31,251 nt of DNA from an uncultured Solirubrobacteraceae bacterium (GTDB lineage: Bacteria > Acidobacteriota > Terriglobia > Bryobacterales > Bryobacteraceae): the NCBI GenBank assembly GCA_964658695.1, contig CBAAAA010000001.1, forward strand, positions 6,269-37,519, in the 5' to 3' direction. This document shows, in pieces, positions 15,665-25,231 of the stretch (the first letter of the stretch is position 1; every line of letters starts with the position of its first letter). The notes beneath the pieces are model-generated. The model had not been told where the DNA came from. It saw nothing but the letters and a program-made list of their open reading frames with translations, and did not search any database. The position numbers and the translations under genes were made by a program.

Positions 15665-18600
15665 TTACTGCTCTGCCAAGGCGGCTGGTTCCAGAGCAAG
15701 GTGCCTGGGAGCTATGGCCAAGGCTGCGACCTGCTCCATCAGGCGCTTCACGTTTATTGGCTTGGTCAGATAATCGTCCATACCGGCGTTCAGACAGCGT
15801 TCCCTGTCGCCCTCCATCGCATGCGCGGTGAGCGCGATGATCGGAAGCCGACTCCGGCCTTTCTCAGCTTTTCTGATGGCCGAAGTAGCTTCCAGGCCAT
15901 CCATTCCCGGCATCTGTACGTCCATAAGCACCAGATCGAACTCAGACTGCGCAACTGCCGCAACCGCTTCCAGACCGTCATTGGCCAGAGTAACGAAGTG
16001 TCCGGCCTTTTGCAATAATGCCCTTGCCAGGCGTTGATTCACCGGGTTATCTTCAGCTACCAGGACTCTGAGCTTGTGAAATAACTCTGGCTTACGAGTC
16101 TCTACACGCACATTATTCCCGTACTCGCTTGTGGCCGTCGGGTTTGCTACGGGATCCTGTTGCAAAGTGTCTCTGCGAGTGAGCGGAATTGAGAATGAGA
16201 ACGCGCTGCCCGAGCCGATTTCGCTTTCTACCTCAATTCTCCCACCCATTAAGCGGACCAGGTGATCTGATATCGCCAGCCCTATCCCGGTACCGCCGAA
16301 TTTACGCGCAACTCCTCCGTCCACTTGTACAAAGGATTCGAAGATGCTTGCCCGTTGATCGGGGGCTATGCCAATGCCCGTGTCGATCACGGTGAATTGT
16401 GCGACCCCTCCGTCTTTCCAGGTAGTCAAGAGCTCAATGCGCCCCGCCGCGGTGAACTTGATGCCATTACTCACCAGATTGAACAACACCTGCCTTAACC
16501 TGGCCGGGTCCGTTACAACGTATCGAGGCAGGTTGGGATCTATCGCGGTCCTTAGGGTGAGGCCTTTCTGCTCAGCGGCCGGGGACATCGTGCGTCCCAG
16601 TCTCTCGATCAGCTCGATTAGATCGAATTCAGCTTCTTCGAGAAGCAGTTTGCCCGACTCGATTTTAGAAAAATCCAGAAGGTCATTGAGGACCGAAAGG
16701 AGATGGTCCGCGGATTGGCTGAGCAGTTCCAGGTACTCTCGCTGCTGGGGGTTCTCACAGATCTGAATAGCCAGATTGGTCATTCCGATCACGCCATTCA
16801 TCGGCGTCCTGAGTTCATGGCTCATGTTCGTGAGGAACTGCGATTTCGCCTGGCTGGCGGCTTCAGCTTTCTGTTCGGCTTCTCTCCGGACTGTGACCTC
16901 GGCCCCTAGTTGTTGGTTTGCCTGCGAGAGTTCGCTGGTCCGCTGCTCAACTCTCGACTCCAGCTGGTCCCGAGACTCTTGTAGCTCGCTCGTTCGCTCA
17001 GCAATCAGACGCTGCAGCCTTTTCTCTTTGAGCTTCAGTTGCTTGACATGTAGCTTATTCGCTCCGTAGCCGAGGCCGCATAGAGACAAGCCGGCCAGTA
17101 AAAAGAAGATCCTGGTTTCGTACCATGCCGGCAATAGCTTGAAATCCAATTCGGTCGCCGATTTCGTGCAGATGTCGTTCACACAAGCAACCACTCGAAA
17201 CTGATAATCGCCGGGCGGCAGATTGGTATAGTTGGCGACCCTTCGGCCCTCCGCGCTAGCCCAGTGCCGGTCGAATCCAGCCAGCATGTATTTATAATTC
17301 AGGGCGTCCGGTGACGTGAAATACGGTGATGTGAACGTGAACTCGAGCTGTTTAGTCCGGGCGGGAATGACGATCGGATGTTTTGGCGCAACCGGTTTGT
17401 CACCGGCGAGAATCCGCTCCAGCACCACCGCGGAAGGAGGCGGCGGATTCAAGAGCCTGGATGGGTTCAGGGTGGCGACCCCCTTCACAGTGGGAAACCA
17501 GAGCACGCCATCTGGGCTGCGTAAACCCGCGCTTTGAAACCCGCCATTACATTCGCGGCTTCTCATCCCGTCGTTCGTCCCGTAAAGTGTGGACGAGATG
17601 GAGCTTCTAACCCCGTCCGCGAAAGCCTGGAGTTCCGCTTTGCGTGCACTGAAGATACCTTTGTTGGAGCTGAACCAAAGGCGTCCGAGAGTATCATCTA
17701 AGACAGCAAACACATCGTCATCGCTCAAACCCGACTGACGGGTGAAGGCAACGAACTTGCCTTTCGAGAACCGCATCAACCCGCCTCCCCGAGTGCCAAG
17801 CCACAGCGTTCCGTCCGGATCGCCGGCGATTGCGCAGATCGTGTCGCTAGACAACCCGTCGTGTGAAGTGAAGGCCCTGAATTGTCCGTCTCTGAAACGA
17901 ATCAGACCGCCTCCATCCGTGCCGATCCAGAGAGTTCCCGCTCCATCCTCAAACAGAGACATGACGATCTTGTTTGGTAATCCGTCCTCATAGGTGTAAG
18001 TCTTGACTCGCTTCCCTTTGATATAGGTCAACGAGCCTCTGCCGCCAGCCCATATACCGCCCTGGTGATCGGCATAAACGCACAGGATGGGGCGTAGCAG
18101 CGCAGGTTGACCCGGTCCCGCAAACTGTTCGAATCTGCTGCCCCTTAAACGGGCAAGACCATGTCGGGTACCAGCCCAGATGGTCTCCTTGTCGTCCTGA
18201 GTGATCGAGAAAACAAGGTTGTCCGGTAGTCCCTGCTCGGCGGTATACCTGCGAAACCGGCCCCGCTTTCTTAAGCTGACACCCTGATCGGAGCCAATCC
18301 AGATTCCCTGATGGCGATCGCGATACAGGCCCAGTATAGTATCCGGCTGCAGTCCCTCCGGTCTGCCAATCGGTGTGATCGCCCCTTGACGAAGGCAGCT
18401 CAAGCCACTCTCTGTTCCGCCGAGCCATACCGATCCCGCCTTATCTTCGAAAATCGTCCACACCCCTCCGCTTGGGAAACCATTTGAAGTAGTCAGCGAG
18501 GTGAAGCGGCCATCATCGAAACGGTTTATCCCATTGTCAAGAGTGCCGACCCAGAGAGTACCCGCCCGGTCTTCGTAAATGGATGAAATTACGTTGCTGC

Positions 18601-19396
18601 TTAAGCCGTTCTCAGTCCCGAAGCGGCGTGATTCATGGGCTTCCAGACGATATAGGCCAGTTCGCCGGCTGCCGATCCACAAGACCCCGCTTCGGTCGCA
18701 CAACAGGCTTCGAATGTCGGTGGTGGGCAGGCTGACGCTCTGAGCTATGCGATTGAATTGGTTGTTCTCAAAACGGGAGAGACCCGTCTGCGTCGCCAAC
18801 CAGACCGTTCCCTCGCTATCGCCGGCAATGGCGAAGACCGAATTGTCCGCCAGGCCGGACTCCTTCGTGAATCTTTTGGACTTTCCGTGTTCGAATCGAA
18901 GCAGACCGTTGCCATCTGTCCCGACCCACATGCGGCCTCCCGGGTCTTCGAAGAGTGAAGTAACGCTGTCATTCTTATCGTCGCTTGCCGGATCGGGCGC
19001 TTGAAACAAACCATCTTTCATGCGGACCACGCCTTGCCCCGCTGTCCCGATCCAAAGCGTGCCACCGCGATCCACCCTCAAAGCCATGACCACGTTATGG
19101 CCCATCGCCGGAGTATTCAGGTGGTCGAAGGCGGTAAAAGTGACTCCATCGAACCGAAACAACCCATTCTCTGTGCCCAACCATATGTAGCCGTCCGGAG
19201 TCTGGGCCACCGACATGACGGAACTTTCCGACAGCCCCGCTTCGCCCTGCCAAGCCTTGTGAATGTATTGAGTGATCGCACTGCCAGGGTTCAGGCTCGC
19301 CTTAACCGGGGCAATTTGCAGGCTGAGCACTGTGATCGCCAGCAGGAGGTGGATCACCGGTCCCGATTGCGAATTGTTTGCCCTTAAGACGACCAT
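15665..19396 (-). CDS. Hybrid sensor histidine kinase: periplasmic beta-propeller repeats, Y_Y_Y domain, TM, HisKA, HATPase_c, receiver
   Basis: Many 'D..G.LW.GT..G' repeats and YTNLPPGDYQFRV. FLTNMSHELRTPMNGVIGM, LFNLVSNGIKFT, DTGIG, GGTGIGLAIS. Receiver LVAEDNPVNQ..DLVLMD..PGMDG..TAHA..YLTKP. Start position uncertain. Confidence 0.93.
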   Translation of the reverse strand: MVVLRANNSQSGPVIHLLLAITVLSLQIAPVKASLNPGSAITQYIHKAWQGEAGLSESSVMSVAQTPDGYIWLGTENGLFRFDGVTFTAFDHLNTPAMGHNVVMALRVDRGGTLWIGTAGQGVVRMKDGLFQAPDPASDDKNDSVTSLFEDPGGRMWVGTDGNGLLRFEHGKSKRFTKESGLADNSVFAIAGDSEGTVWLATQTGLSRFENNQFNRIAQSVSLPTTDIRSLLCDRSGVLWIGSRRTGLYRLEAHESRRFGTENGLSSNVISSIYEDRAGTLWVGTLDNGINRFDDGRFTSLTTSNGFPSGGVWTIFEDKAGSVWLGGTESGLSCLRQGAITPIGRPEGLQPDTILGLYRDRHQGIWIGSDQGVSLRKRGRFRRYTAEQGLPDNLVFSITQDDKETIWAGTRHGLARLRGSRFEQFAGPGQPALLRPILCVYADHQGGIWAGGRGSLTYIKGKRVKTYTYEDGLPNKIVMSLFEDGAGTLWIGTDGGGLIRFRDGQFRAFTSHDGLSSDTICAIAGDPDGTLWLGTRGGGLMRFSKGKFVAFTRQSGLSDDDVFAVLDDTLGRLWFSSNKGIFSARKAELQAFADGVRSSISSTLYGTNDGMRSRECNGGFQSAGLRSPDGVLWFPTVKGVATLNPSRLLNPPPPSAVVLERILAGDKPVAPKHPIVIPARTKQLEFTFTSPYFTSPDALNYKYMLAGFDRHWASAEGRRVANYTNLPPGDYQFRVVACVNDICTKSATELDFKLLPAWYETRIFFLLAGLSLCGLGYGANKLHVKQLKLKEKRLQRLIAERTSELQESRDQLESRVEQRTSELSQANQQLGAEVTVRREAEQKAEAASQAKSQFLTNMSHELRTPMNGVIGMTNLAIQICENPQQREYLELLSQSADHLLSVLNDLLDFSKIESGKLLLEEAEFDLIELIERLGRTMSPAAEQKGLTLRTAIDPNLPRYVVTDPARLRQVLFNLVSNGIKFTAAGRIELLTTWKDGGVAQFTVIDTGIGIAPDQRASIFESFVQVDGGVARKFGGTGIGLAISDHLVRLMGGRIEVESEIGSGSAFSFSIPLTRRDTLQQDPVANPTATSEYGNNVRVETRKPELFHKLRVLVAEDNPVNQRLARALLQKAGHFVTLANDGLEAVAAVAQSEFDLVLMDVQMPGMDGLEATSAIRKAEKGRSRLPIIALTAHAMEGDRERCLNAGMDDYLTKPINVKRLMEQVAALAIAPRHLALEPAALAEQ

Positions 19397-19634
19397 ATCT
19401 AATTGCCACGTCGAGAACAGATTCCCGCTCCGTTCGAAACTAAGCGAACCTATCCTTTCCTATCGGACACCGGCCCGGTATTTTTGGAATCCGCGTAATT
19501 TAAGCTCCCTTTCTTGTCCTCCCATTCGGACTTGGCTTTCTCTCAAAAAAAAGTTAAAGAGATTACCTCGCGGGCCGAAAACGCAATCAGCAGTTAATTT
19601 TTTGGAAGGATCTCAGGAACAAACAGGAACAAAT

Positions 19635-21449
19635 ATGAGGAAGCCGGTTTTTTCCCTGTTCACTCTGGCGCTTCTGTGCTCAAGCGCACAGAGTGCACAG
19701 CTCAGCAAAATCTCAAAGGATGCGGCGACCACGGATGCCGCGGCTTTAGTGCAGGTGATTGTGCAGTGGAATACTCCCATTGGTACCGCCACCTCGGCTA
19801 AAATAGTTTCTCTCGGCGGCCATGTCAATCATGAATTCCCTACGGTTCGGCAGGGGGTCTACTTCATTCCCGGGGCCGCGCTCAGCAGCTTGAACGCTGA
19901 TCCGACGGTTAAATACGTCTCGGTGGACCGGGCGGTGAAGCACAAACTTGCCACAACCGCAGCCACCATCAACGCCCCTCAGATTTGGCATTTAGGGTTC
20001 ATCGGAACGGGCGTTGGAGTTGCCGTCTTAGATAGCGGTATCAATCCTGATCTGAATCTTGGAACCCAGGCGCTCAAGACCGTTACATACACCCAGGATT
20101 TCACTCCATCTGCCCATGACGCGTCTGGGCGCCCGACCGCCAGCTACGGAGCGGACTGGTACGGCCATGGCCAGCATATTGCGGGAATCATCGCATCGAA
20201 CGGAACCTCATCCACCTGCGCGTTTTTTTGCGCCAATCAGATGATCGGCATCGCGTCTGGCGCCAGCCTGATCGACTTGAAGGTGCTTGACTCCACTGGT
20301 GAAGGTACCGACAGTCAGGTCATCGCCGCCATCGACCAGGCGATCACATTGAAGAACACCTACAACATCCGTGTGATGAATTTATCCCTGGGCCGCCCTG
20401 TGTATGAGAGCTATACCCAGGATCCTCTCTGTCAGGCGGTAGAAGCGGCCTGGCAGGCGGGAATCGTGGTTGTCGTCGCTACCGGCAATGACGGCCGGGA
20501 CAACTCCAACAGTAATCAGGGATATGGGACGATTCTCGCGCCCGGCAACGACCCCTACGTCATCACAGTTGGGGCCATGAAGACGATGGGCACACCCAGT
20601 CGCGCCGACGATTTGGTGGCCAGCTACAGTTCGAAGGGTCCCACAGCAGTTGACGGTATCGTTAAGCCGGATCTCGTGGCTCCAGGAAATTTAATCGTGT
20701 CTCTGCTGGCTCACAACGCTACTCTTCCGCTCACCGCGCCCCAGAACGCAGTGACGACCGCTTCGATCTCCGGGGGTCTCCAGCCGTTCCTGGCGCCGAT
20801 GGGAGGAACACCTCCCGCCAATCCAGCTCAGCAGCCACCTCTGGTGAATTTCGGCCTCCTCTACTCCAACAACTACTACACTCTGAGCGGAACAAGTATG
20901 GCCGCCGCCGTCGTCAGTGGCTCCGTAGCTGATCTGATCCAGGCATATCCAAAGCTGACTCCGGATCAGGTAAAGATTCTTCTGATGCTGAGCGCTTCAA
21001 AGACTTTCCCGCAATCAAGCACCGTGGTCGACAACACCGGCAACTCTTTCACCGATTACTATGACATCTTCACCATCGGCGCGGGATATCTTGATTTGCA
21101 GGCTGCGATGAACCAGGTTGCACAGGTTCCTGCTTCCGGCAACTCTTTGTCTCCGGTCAGCTCTTATAACTCGACGTCCGGCAAAGTGTACCTCTCGTTC
21201 GCTCCGCAATCGGCATGGACGAACCAGTCCGTCTGGTCGAACAAGAGTCTGTGGGGCGCAAACGCAGTCTGGAGTTCTGCGGTCCTAAGCGGAACTCAGA
21301 CTGTCGCCAACTCCAAATCCATGTGGGGCGTTTCCACCGACACAGCAGCCGGCAGTTTGTGGAGCCAAAAATCGGTGTGGGGTGCTTCCTCTGACGAGAG
21401 CGCCGGCACAGACAACGCGCAGAGCGTGGAGATTACTGGAGAGAACTAA
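19635..21449 (+). CDS. Secreted S8 (subtilisin-like) serine peptidase with propeptide and C-terminal Trp repeat tail
   Basis: Signal peptide MRKPVFSLFTLALLCSSAQSA. Triad motifs VAVLDSG, HGQHIAGII, SGTSMAA; oxyanion ATGND. ATG 19635 follows AGGA; the track's upstream extension to 19272 overlaps the divergent kinase and is not credible. Confidence 0.9.
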   Translation: MRKPVFSLFTLALLCSSAQSAQLSKISKDAATTDAAALVQVIVQWNTPIGTATSAKIVSLGGHVNHEFPTVRQGVYFIPGAALSSLNADPTVKYVSVDRAVKHKLATTAATINAPQIWHLGFIGTGVGVAVLDSGINPDLNLGTQALKTVTYTQDFTPSAHDASGRPTASYGADWYGHGQHIAGIIASNGTSSTCAFFCANQMIGIASGASLIDLKVLDSTGEGTDSQVIAAIDQAITLKNTYNIRVMNLSLGRPVYESYTQDPLCQAVEAAWQAGIVVVVATGNDGRDNSNSNQGYGTILAPGNDPYVITVGAMKTMGTPSRADDLVASYSSKGPTAVDGIVKPDLVAPGNLIVSLLAHNATLPLTAPQNAVTTASISGGLQPFLAPMGGTPPANPAQQPPLVNFGLLYSNNYYTLSGTSMAAAVVSGSVADLIQAYPKLTPDQVKILLMLSASKTFPQSSTVVDNTGNSFTDYYDIFTIGAGYLDLQAAMNQVAQVPASGNSLSPVSSYNSTSGKVYLSFAPQSAWTNQSVWSNKSLWGANAVWSSAVLSGTQTVANSKSMWGVSTDTAAGSLWSQKSVWGASSDESAGTDNAQSVEITGEN

Positions 21450-21515
21450 TCCCAGCGGTGCCAGCTCTCGCCGGGGAGCCAGCGGTGTTGAATTCGACAG
21501 ATATCCTTGTCGGAC

Positions 21516-22529
21516 TCACGCCACTGGCGCCTCGACCGGCTGACTTGCCTGCTCCAGACTCGCCTCCAGAGCATCGGCAATCAGCCTGCCGTGAAAGCGG
21601 CCATTCTCAATAAAGATCTCGTTCGTATGCGTACCCGCAACAATCACGCCCGCCAGATAAACGCCTTTCCTTTCGCTTTCAAGCGTCTGCGGGTCCGTAA
21701 TCGGCTTCGAAGTCTTCTGATCAAGATGGATCCCGTGTTCGGCCATGAACTCGAAGTCTGGCCGATAGCCAGTCATCGCAAACACAAAGTCGTTCTTGAC
21801 CGCAATCTCTCCCTCCGGAGTGTTTAGAACGACTTCATGCTGTCGAATCTCCTTCACGGTGCTGTGGAAGTAGGCCTTCACCTCGCCGCATTTGATTCGG
21901 TTCTCTATATTCGGTTTGATCCAGTACTTCACGCTGTCAGAGATGCCCGACCCGCGATGCACCAGCGTCACCCGGGCGCCGGTCCAGAATAATTCTAGGG
22001 CCGCGATGGCTGCTGAATTCTTCGCTCCCACCAGCAACACATCCTGGTTGTAATATGGGTGCGCTTCGCGGTAGTAGTGAATCACTTTATCCAGGTCTTC
22101 ACCAGGTACGCCGAGCCGGTTCGGGATGTCGTAGTATCCGCTCGCCAGGATGATTTTCTTCGCCTGATAACAGAAAGCCTCGCCCTCGCTGGTCTCGGTC
22201 CGAACTACGAAATTTCCATCGGAGCCATCGAACCCAAGTACCCGCTCATATTGATGAACATCCAGCCTGTAGTGGTCCGCGACACGCCTGTAATACTTCA
22301 GGCCCTCGGTCCGCCCCGGCTTCTCGTTCAGCGAAGTCATCGGGATGTCGCCGATCTCCAGTAACTCCGGAGTTGTAAAGAACACGAGATTGATCGGATA
22401 GTGGTAGATAGAATTCACCACGCAGCCTTTGTCAAACAACACCGGCCGCAGTCCTCGCTTCTTCAACTCAATCCCGCATGCCAGACCCGTTGGGCCTGCT
22501 CCAACAATCGCTACGTCGAATGTTTCCAC
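21516..22529 (-). CDS. ypdA: YpdA-family FAD/NAD(P)H oxidoreductase (putative bacillithiol disulfide reductase)
   Basis: IVGAGPTG, DKGCVVNSIYHYP..FFTTPELLEIG, KP.R.EGLKYYRRV, ASGYYD.PN.LGVPGEDL, HYY.EAHPY, VGAKNSA, AMTGYRP, FIENGRFH. GTG start overlaps the alaS TAG by 1 nt. Confidence 0.88.
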   Translation of the reverse strand: METFDVAIVGAGPTGLACGIELKKRGLRPVLFDKGCVVNSIYHYPINLVFFTTPELLEIGDIPMTSLNEKPGRTEGLKYYRRVADHYRLDVHQYERVLGFDGSDGNFVVRTETSEGEAFCYQAKKIILASGYYDIPNRLGVPGEDLDKVIHYYREAHPYYNQDVLLVGAKNSAAIAALELFWTGARVTLVHRGSGISDSVKYWIKPNIENRIKCGEVKAYFHSTVKEIRQHEVVLNTPEGEIAVKNDFVFAMTGYRPDFEFMAEHGIHLDQKTSKPITDPQTLESERKGVYLAGVIVAGTHTNEIFIENGRFHGRLIADALEASLEQASQPVEAPVA

Positions 22530-25168
22530 TAAAGCAATGCCCCCACCTTTTGATAAACGTCCTCGAGCGCCGCGTGCAGAGCGCCCGCATTCTTGCCAGC
22601 ACCCTCCGCCATATCTGGCCGGCCGCCGCCTTTGCCGCCCGTCGCCCGCGCAATCTCGCTGACCAGCTTGCCGGCATTCACCTTACTCGTCAGGTCTTTG
22701 CTGACCGCCGAAATAATCGAAATCTCAGCGTCATTCACCGATGCTATGACGACGACGGAACTACCCCACTTGTTGCGTAGGGAATCTGCCAGGATCCGCA
22801 GTTGTGCCCGGTCGAACCCTTCCATCTGTTCCGCGAATACCGTTGCCCCGTTCAGCTTTCGCCCGCTCAGCTTGTCCATCTGCTGATGCGCCATTTTCGC
22901 CTTCAGCTGGTCCACCTGCCGCTTCAGGATCGCTTGCTGCTCCAGCAGCTTTTCCATGTGCTCCAGCACACCGCTCTCGGTGGTCTGCAGCAGCTTCCCG
23001 ACGCTGGCAAGCTGCGCTGTCGCCTGCTGGAACCGTCCCAGCGCACCCTCGCCGGTGATCGCCTCGATGCGCCGCGTGCCCGCTGCCACGCTGCCTTCAT
23101 AGACGATCTTGAACAAGCCGATATCCCCGGTACGCGCCACATGCGTTCCGCCACATAGTTCACGGCTGAAGCCCGGAATGCTCACCACCCGTACACTCTC
23201 GCCATACTTCTCCCCGAACAACGCCATAGCGCCCGTTGCCAAAGCATTGTCCAGATCCATGATGTCGGTCGCGACCTCCGTGTTCACCATGATCTGCTGG
23301 TTCACAATCCGTTCCACTTCGCTCAGCTCGTCTTCCGTCATCGCTGAATAATGCGAGAAGTCAAAGCGTAAACGTCCAGGCTCCACCACGCTGCCGGCCT
23401 GCTTCACATGCGGTCCCAGCACCTGCCGCAGAGCCGCGTGTAACAGATGAGTGGCGGTATGATTGCGCATCGTCGCCGCCCGCGCCGGCTTGTCCACGAT
23501 CGCCGCCAGCTTGTCGCCCACCGAAATGGACCGCAGCAGTTGAACCCTCTGCACCATTGCCGAGGACGTCGGCTTGTAAGCGCCCTCCACAACCGCGACA
23601 CGCTCCCGTGTGTCCACATCCAGCAGCAGCCCGGTATCGCCCACCTGGCCTCCTGATTCCGCATAGAACGGTGTCTTCTTGAAGATCACCTCCGCAGAGC
23701 CAGTGTCCACCGACTGCACCGCCCGCTTATCCACCACGATCGAGCTGACTTCGACCACCGCCTCCAGCGATTCACGGCCAACAAACTCGACCGCCGGCAG
23801 TTCCTTGTACACCTCGGCAACCTGCGCCTTATCGGCGCCGCGCCAGCTTGCTCGCGCCCGCGTCCGTTGCTTCTCCATCTCGGCCGAAAAGCTTTCGCGA
23901 TCGATGCTGAGTCCGAACTCCCGCGCCATCTCTTCCTGTTCATCCAGAGCCAGGCCGTAGGTGTCGTATAACTTAAACGCCACGGCCCCCGGCAGCACCC
24001 CGTCCGCCGCCGACTTCGCCTCGTCTTGAAATACCCGCTCCGCGACCTGGAAGGTGGTCGCATAGCGCCCTTCTTCCTCTTTCACAAGGCGCGCCACTCG
24101 ATCCACGCTCTCGAGCATCTCCGGATAGCCCGCCTTCATCAACTCCGCAACGAATCCAGTCAGCTGATACAGATAAGGCTCGGTTGCTCCGGCCAGCCGT
24201 CCATTGCGCAGCGCCCGCCGCATAATCTTGCGCAGTACATATCCGCGTCCTTCGTTAGCCGGAACCACACCGTCATGGATCAGAAACGCCGTTGCCCTCG
24301 CATGGTCAGCATTGATCCGAAGCGCCGTTTCCGTCCGCGCATCCGCGTTCCTTTTTACCTTCAACAACTCCGCCGCTCGCTGCACAATCGGCTGAATCAG
24401 ATCCGTCGCGTAATTTGAAAGATGGCCTTGCAACACCGCTGCCACGCGCTCCAGTCCCATCCCCGTATCAATAGAAGGACGGGGAAGCGGCGTCATGCTT
24501 CCATCCTGTCCGCGATCGAACTGCATGAACACCAGGTTCCAGATCTCTACAAAGCGCCCGCCCGCGTCTGATGGAAAGTGTTCCTGCTCGCGGCCCGGTT
24601 CCGCTGCCTCCGGTCCCAGGTCGTAGTGAATCTCTGAACAGGGACCGCACGGACCGGTCTCACCCATCTGCCAGAAATTATCCTTTTCGTCCAGCCGGAA
24701 GATCCGCTCTTTCGAAACACCGGCAACTTTCTGCCACAGCTCTTCTGCTTCGTCGTCTTCGCGAAATACCGTGATGTAAAGCCGGTCCTTCGCCATGCCG
24801 AACCACTGCGGACTTGTCACCAGCTCCCACGCAAAAGCGATGGCGTCCCGCTTGAAGTAATCCCCAAACGAAAAATTGCCCAACATCTCAAAAAACGTAT
24901 GGTGCCGTCGAGTGTAACCTACGTTTTCAAGATCGTTATGTTTGCCGCCCGCCCGCACGCACTTCTGTGACGAGGTCGCGCGCGTGTAATCCCGCTTCTC
25001 CAAACCAAGAAAGACTTCCTTGAACTGGTTCATCCCCGCGTTGGTAAACAACAGCGTGGGATCATTGGCCGGAACCAGCGATGAACTCCGCACCGGTTTG
25101 TGCCCGTGCCCGGCGAAATACTCCAAAAATTTCGCCCGAATCTCGTTTCCACTCATTATTTCTTTCAT
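22529..25168 (-). CDS. alaS: Alanine--tRNA ligase
   Basis: DPTLLFTNAGMNQFK, HHTFFEMLGNFSFGDYFK, GPCGPCSEIHYD, EIWNLVFMQF, IDTGMGLER; editing NHTATHLLH and ELCGGTH; C-Ala GGKGGGRPDMAEG. ATG 25156 (MSGNEIR) is an alternative start. Confidence 0.98.
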   Translation of the reverse strand: MKEIMSGNEIRAKFLEYFAGHGHKPVRSSSLVPANDPTLLFTNAGMNQFKEVFLGLEKRDYTRATSSQKCVRAGGKHNDLENVGYTRRHHTFFEMLGNFSFGDYFKRDAIAFAWELVTSPQWFGMAKDRLYITVFREDDEAEELWQKVAGVSKERIFRLDEKDNFWQMGETGPCGPCSEIHYDLGPEAAEPGREQEHFPSDAGGRFVEIWNLVFMQFDRGQDGSMTPLPRPSIDTGMGLERVAAVLQGHLSNYATDLIQPIVQRAAELLKVKRNADARTETALRINADHARATAFLIHDGVVPANEGRGYVLRKIMRRALRNGRLAGATEPYLYQLTGFVAELMKAGYPEMLESVDRVARLVKEEEGRYATTFQVAERVFQDEAKSAADGVLPGAVAFKLYDTYGLALDEQEEMAREFGLSIDRESFSAEMEKQRTRARASWRGADKAQVAEVYKELPAVEFVGRESLEAVVEVSSIVVDKRAVQSVDTGSAEVIFKKTPFYAESGGQVGDTGLLLDVDTRERVAVVEGAYKPTSSAMVQRVQLLRSISVGDKLAAIVDKPARAATMRNHTATHLLHAALRQVLGPHVKQAGSVVEPGRLRFDFSHYSAMTEDELSEVERIVNQQIMVNTEVATDIMDLDNALATGAMALFGEKYGESVRVVSIPGFSRELCGGTHVARTGDIGLFKIVYEGSVAAGTRRIEAITGEGALGRFQQATAQLASVGKLLQTTESGVLEHMEKLLEQQAILKRQVDQLKAKMAHQQMDKLSGRKLNGATVFAEQMEGFDRAQLRILADSLRNKWGSSVVVIASVNDAEISIISAVSKDLTSKVNAGKLVSEIARATGGKGGGRPDMAEGAGKNAGALHAALEDVYQKVGALL

Positions 25169-25231
25169 TTTCGCATCGGAGCCGCCATTGTCGACTTACC
25201 CGCTGTATGACCGGGTTACTATGATGTCCTC

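Noticed and set aside
17300-19300. Repeated motifs in the hybrid kinase as a possible DNA repeat array or CRISPR
   Set aside because: They are degenerate protein-level beta-propeller repeats inside an open frame, with no identical DNA repeats and spacers.
19614-19633. Tandem 10-bp duplication caggaacaaa x2 just before the subtilase ATG
   Set aside because: Only two copies spanning the SD; probably a slippage duplication with no evidence of function.
19272-19634. 121-codon N-terminal extension of the subtilase in the ORF track
   Set aside because: It overlaps the divergent kinase start and crosses the AT-rich promoter region; the signal peptide and SD fit ATG 19635.
20160-20190. HGQH instead of HGTH in the subtilase His motif
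   Set aside because: The catalytic His, Asp, Ser and oxyanion Asn are all present, so this is not evidence of inactivation.
21450-21515. Short hairpins and a ccagcggtg direct repeat between the convergent subtilase and ypdA genes
   Set aside because: Stems of 5-6 bp without U tracts are too weak to call a terminator or REP element.
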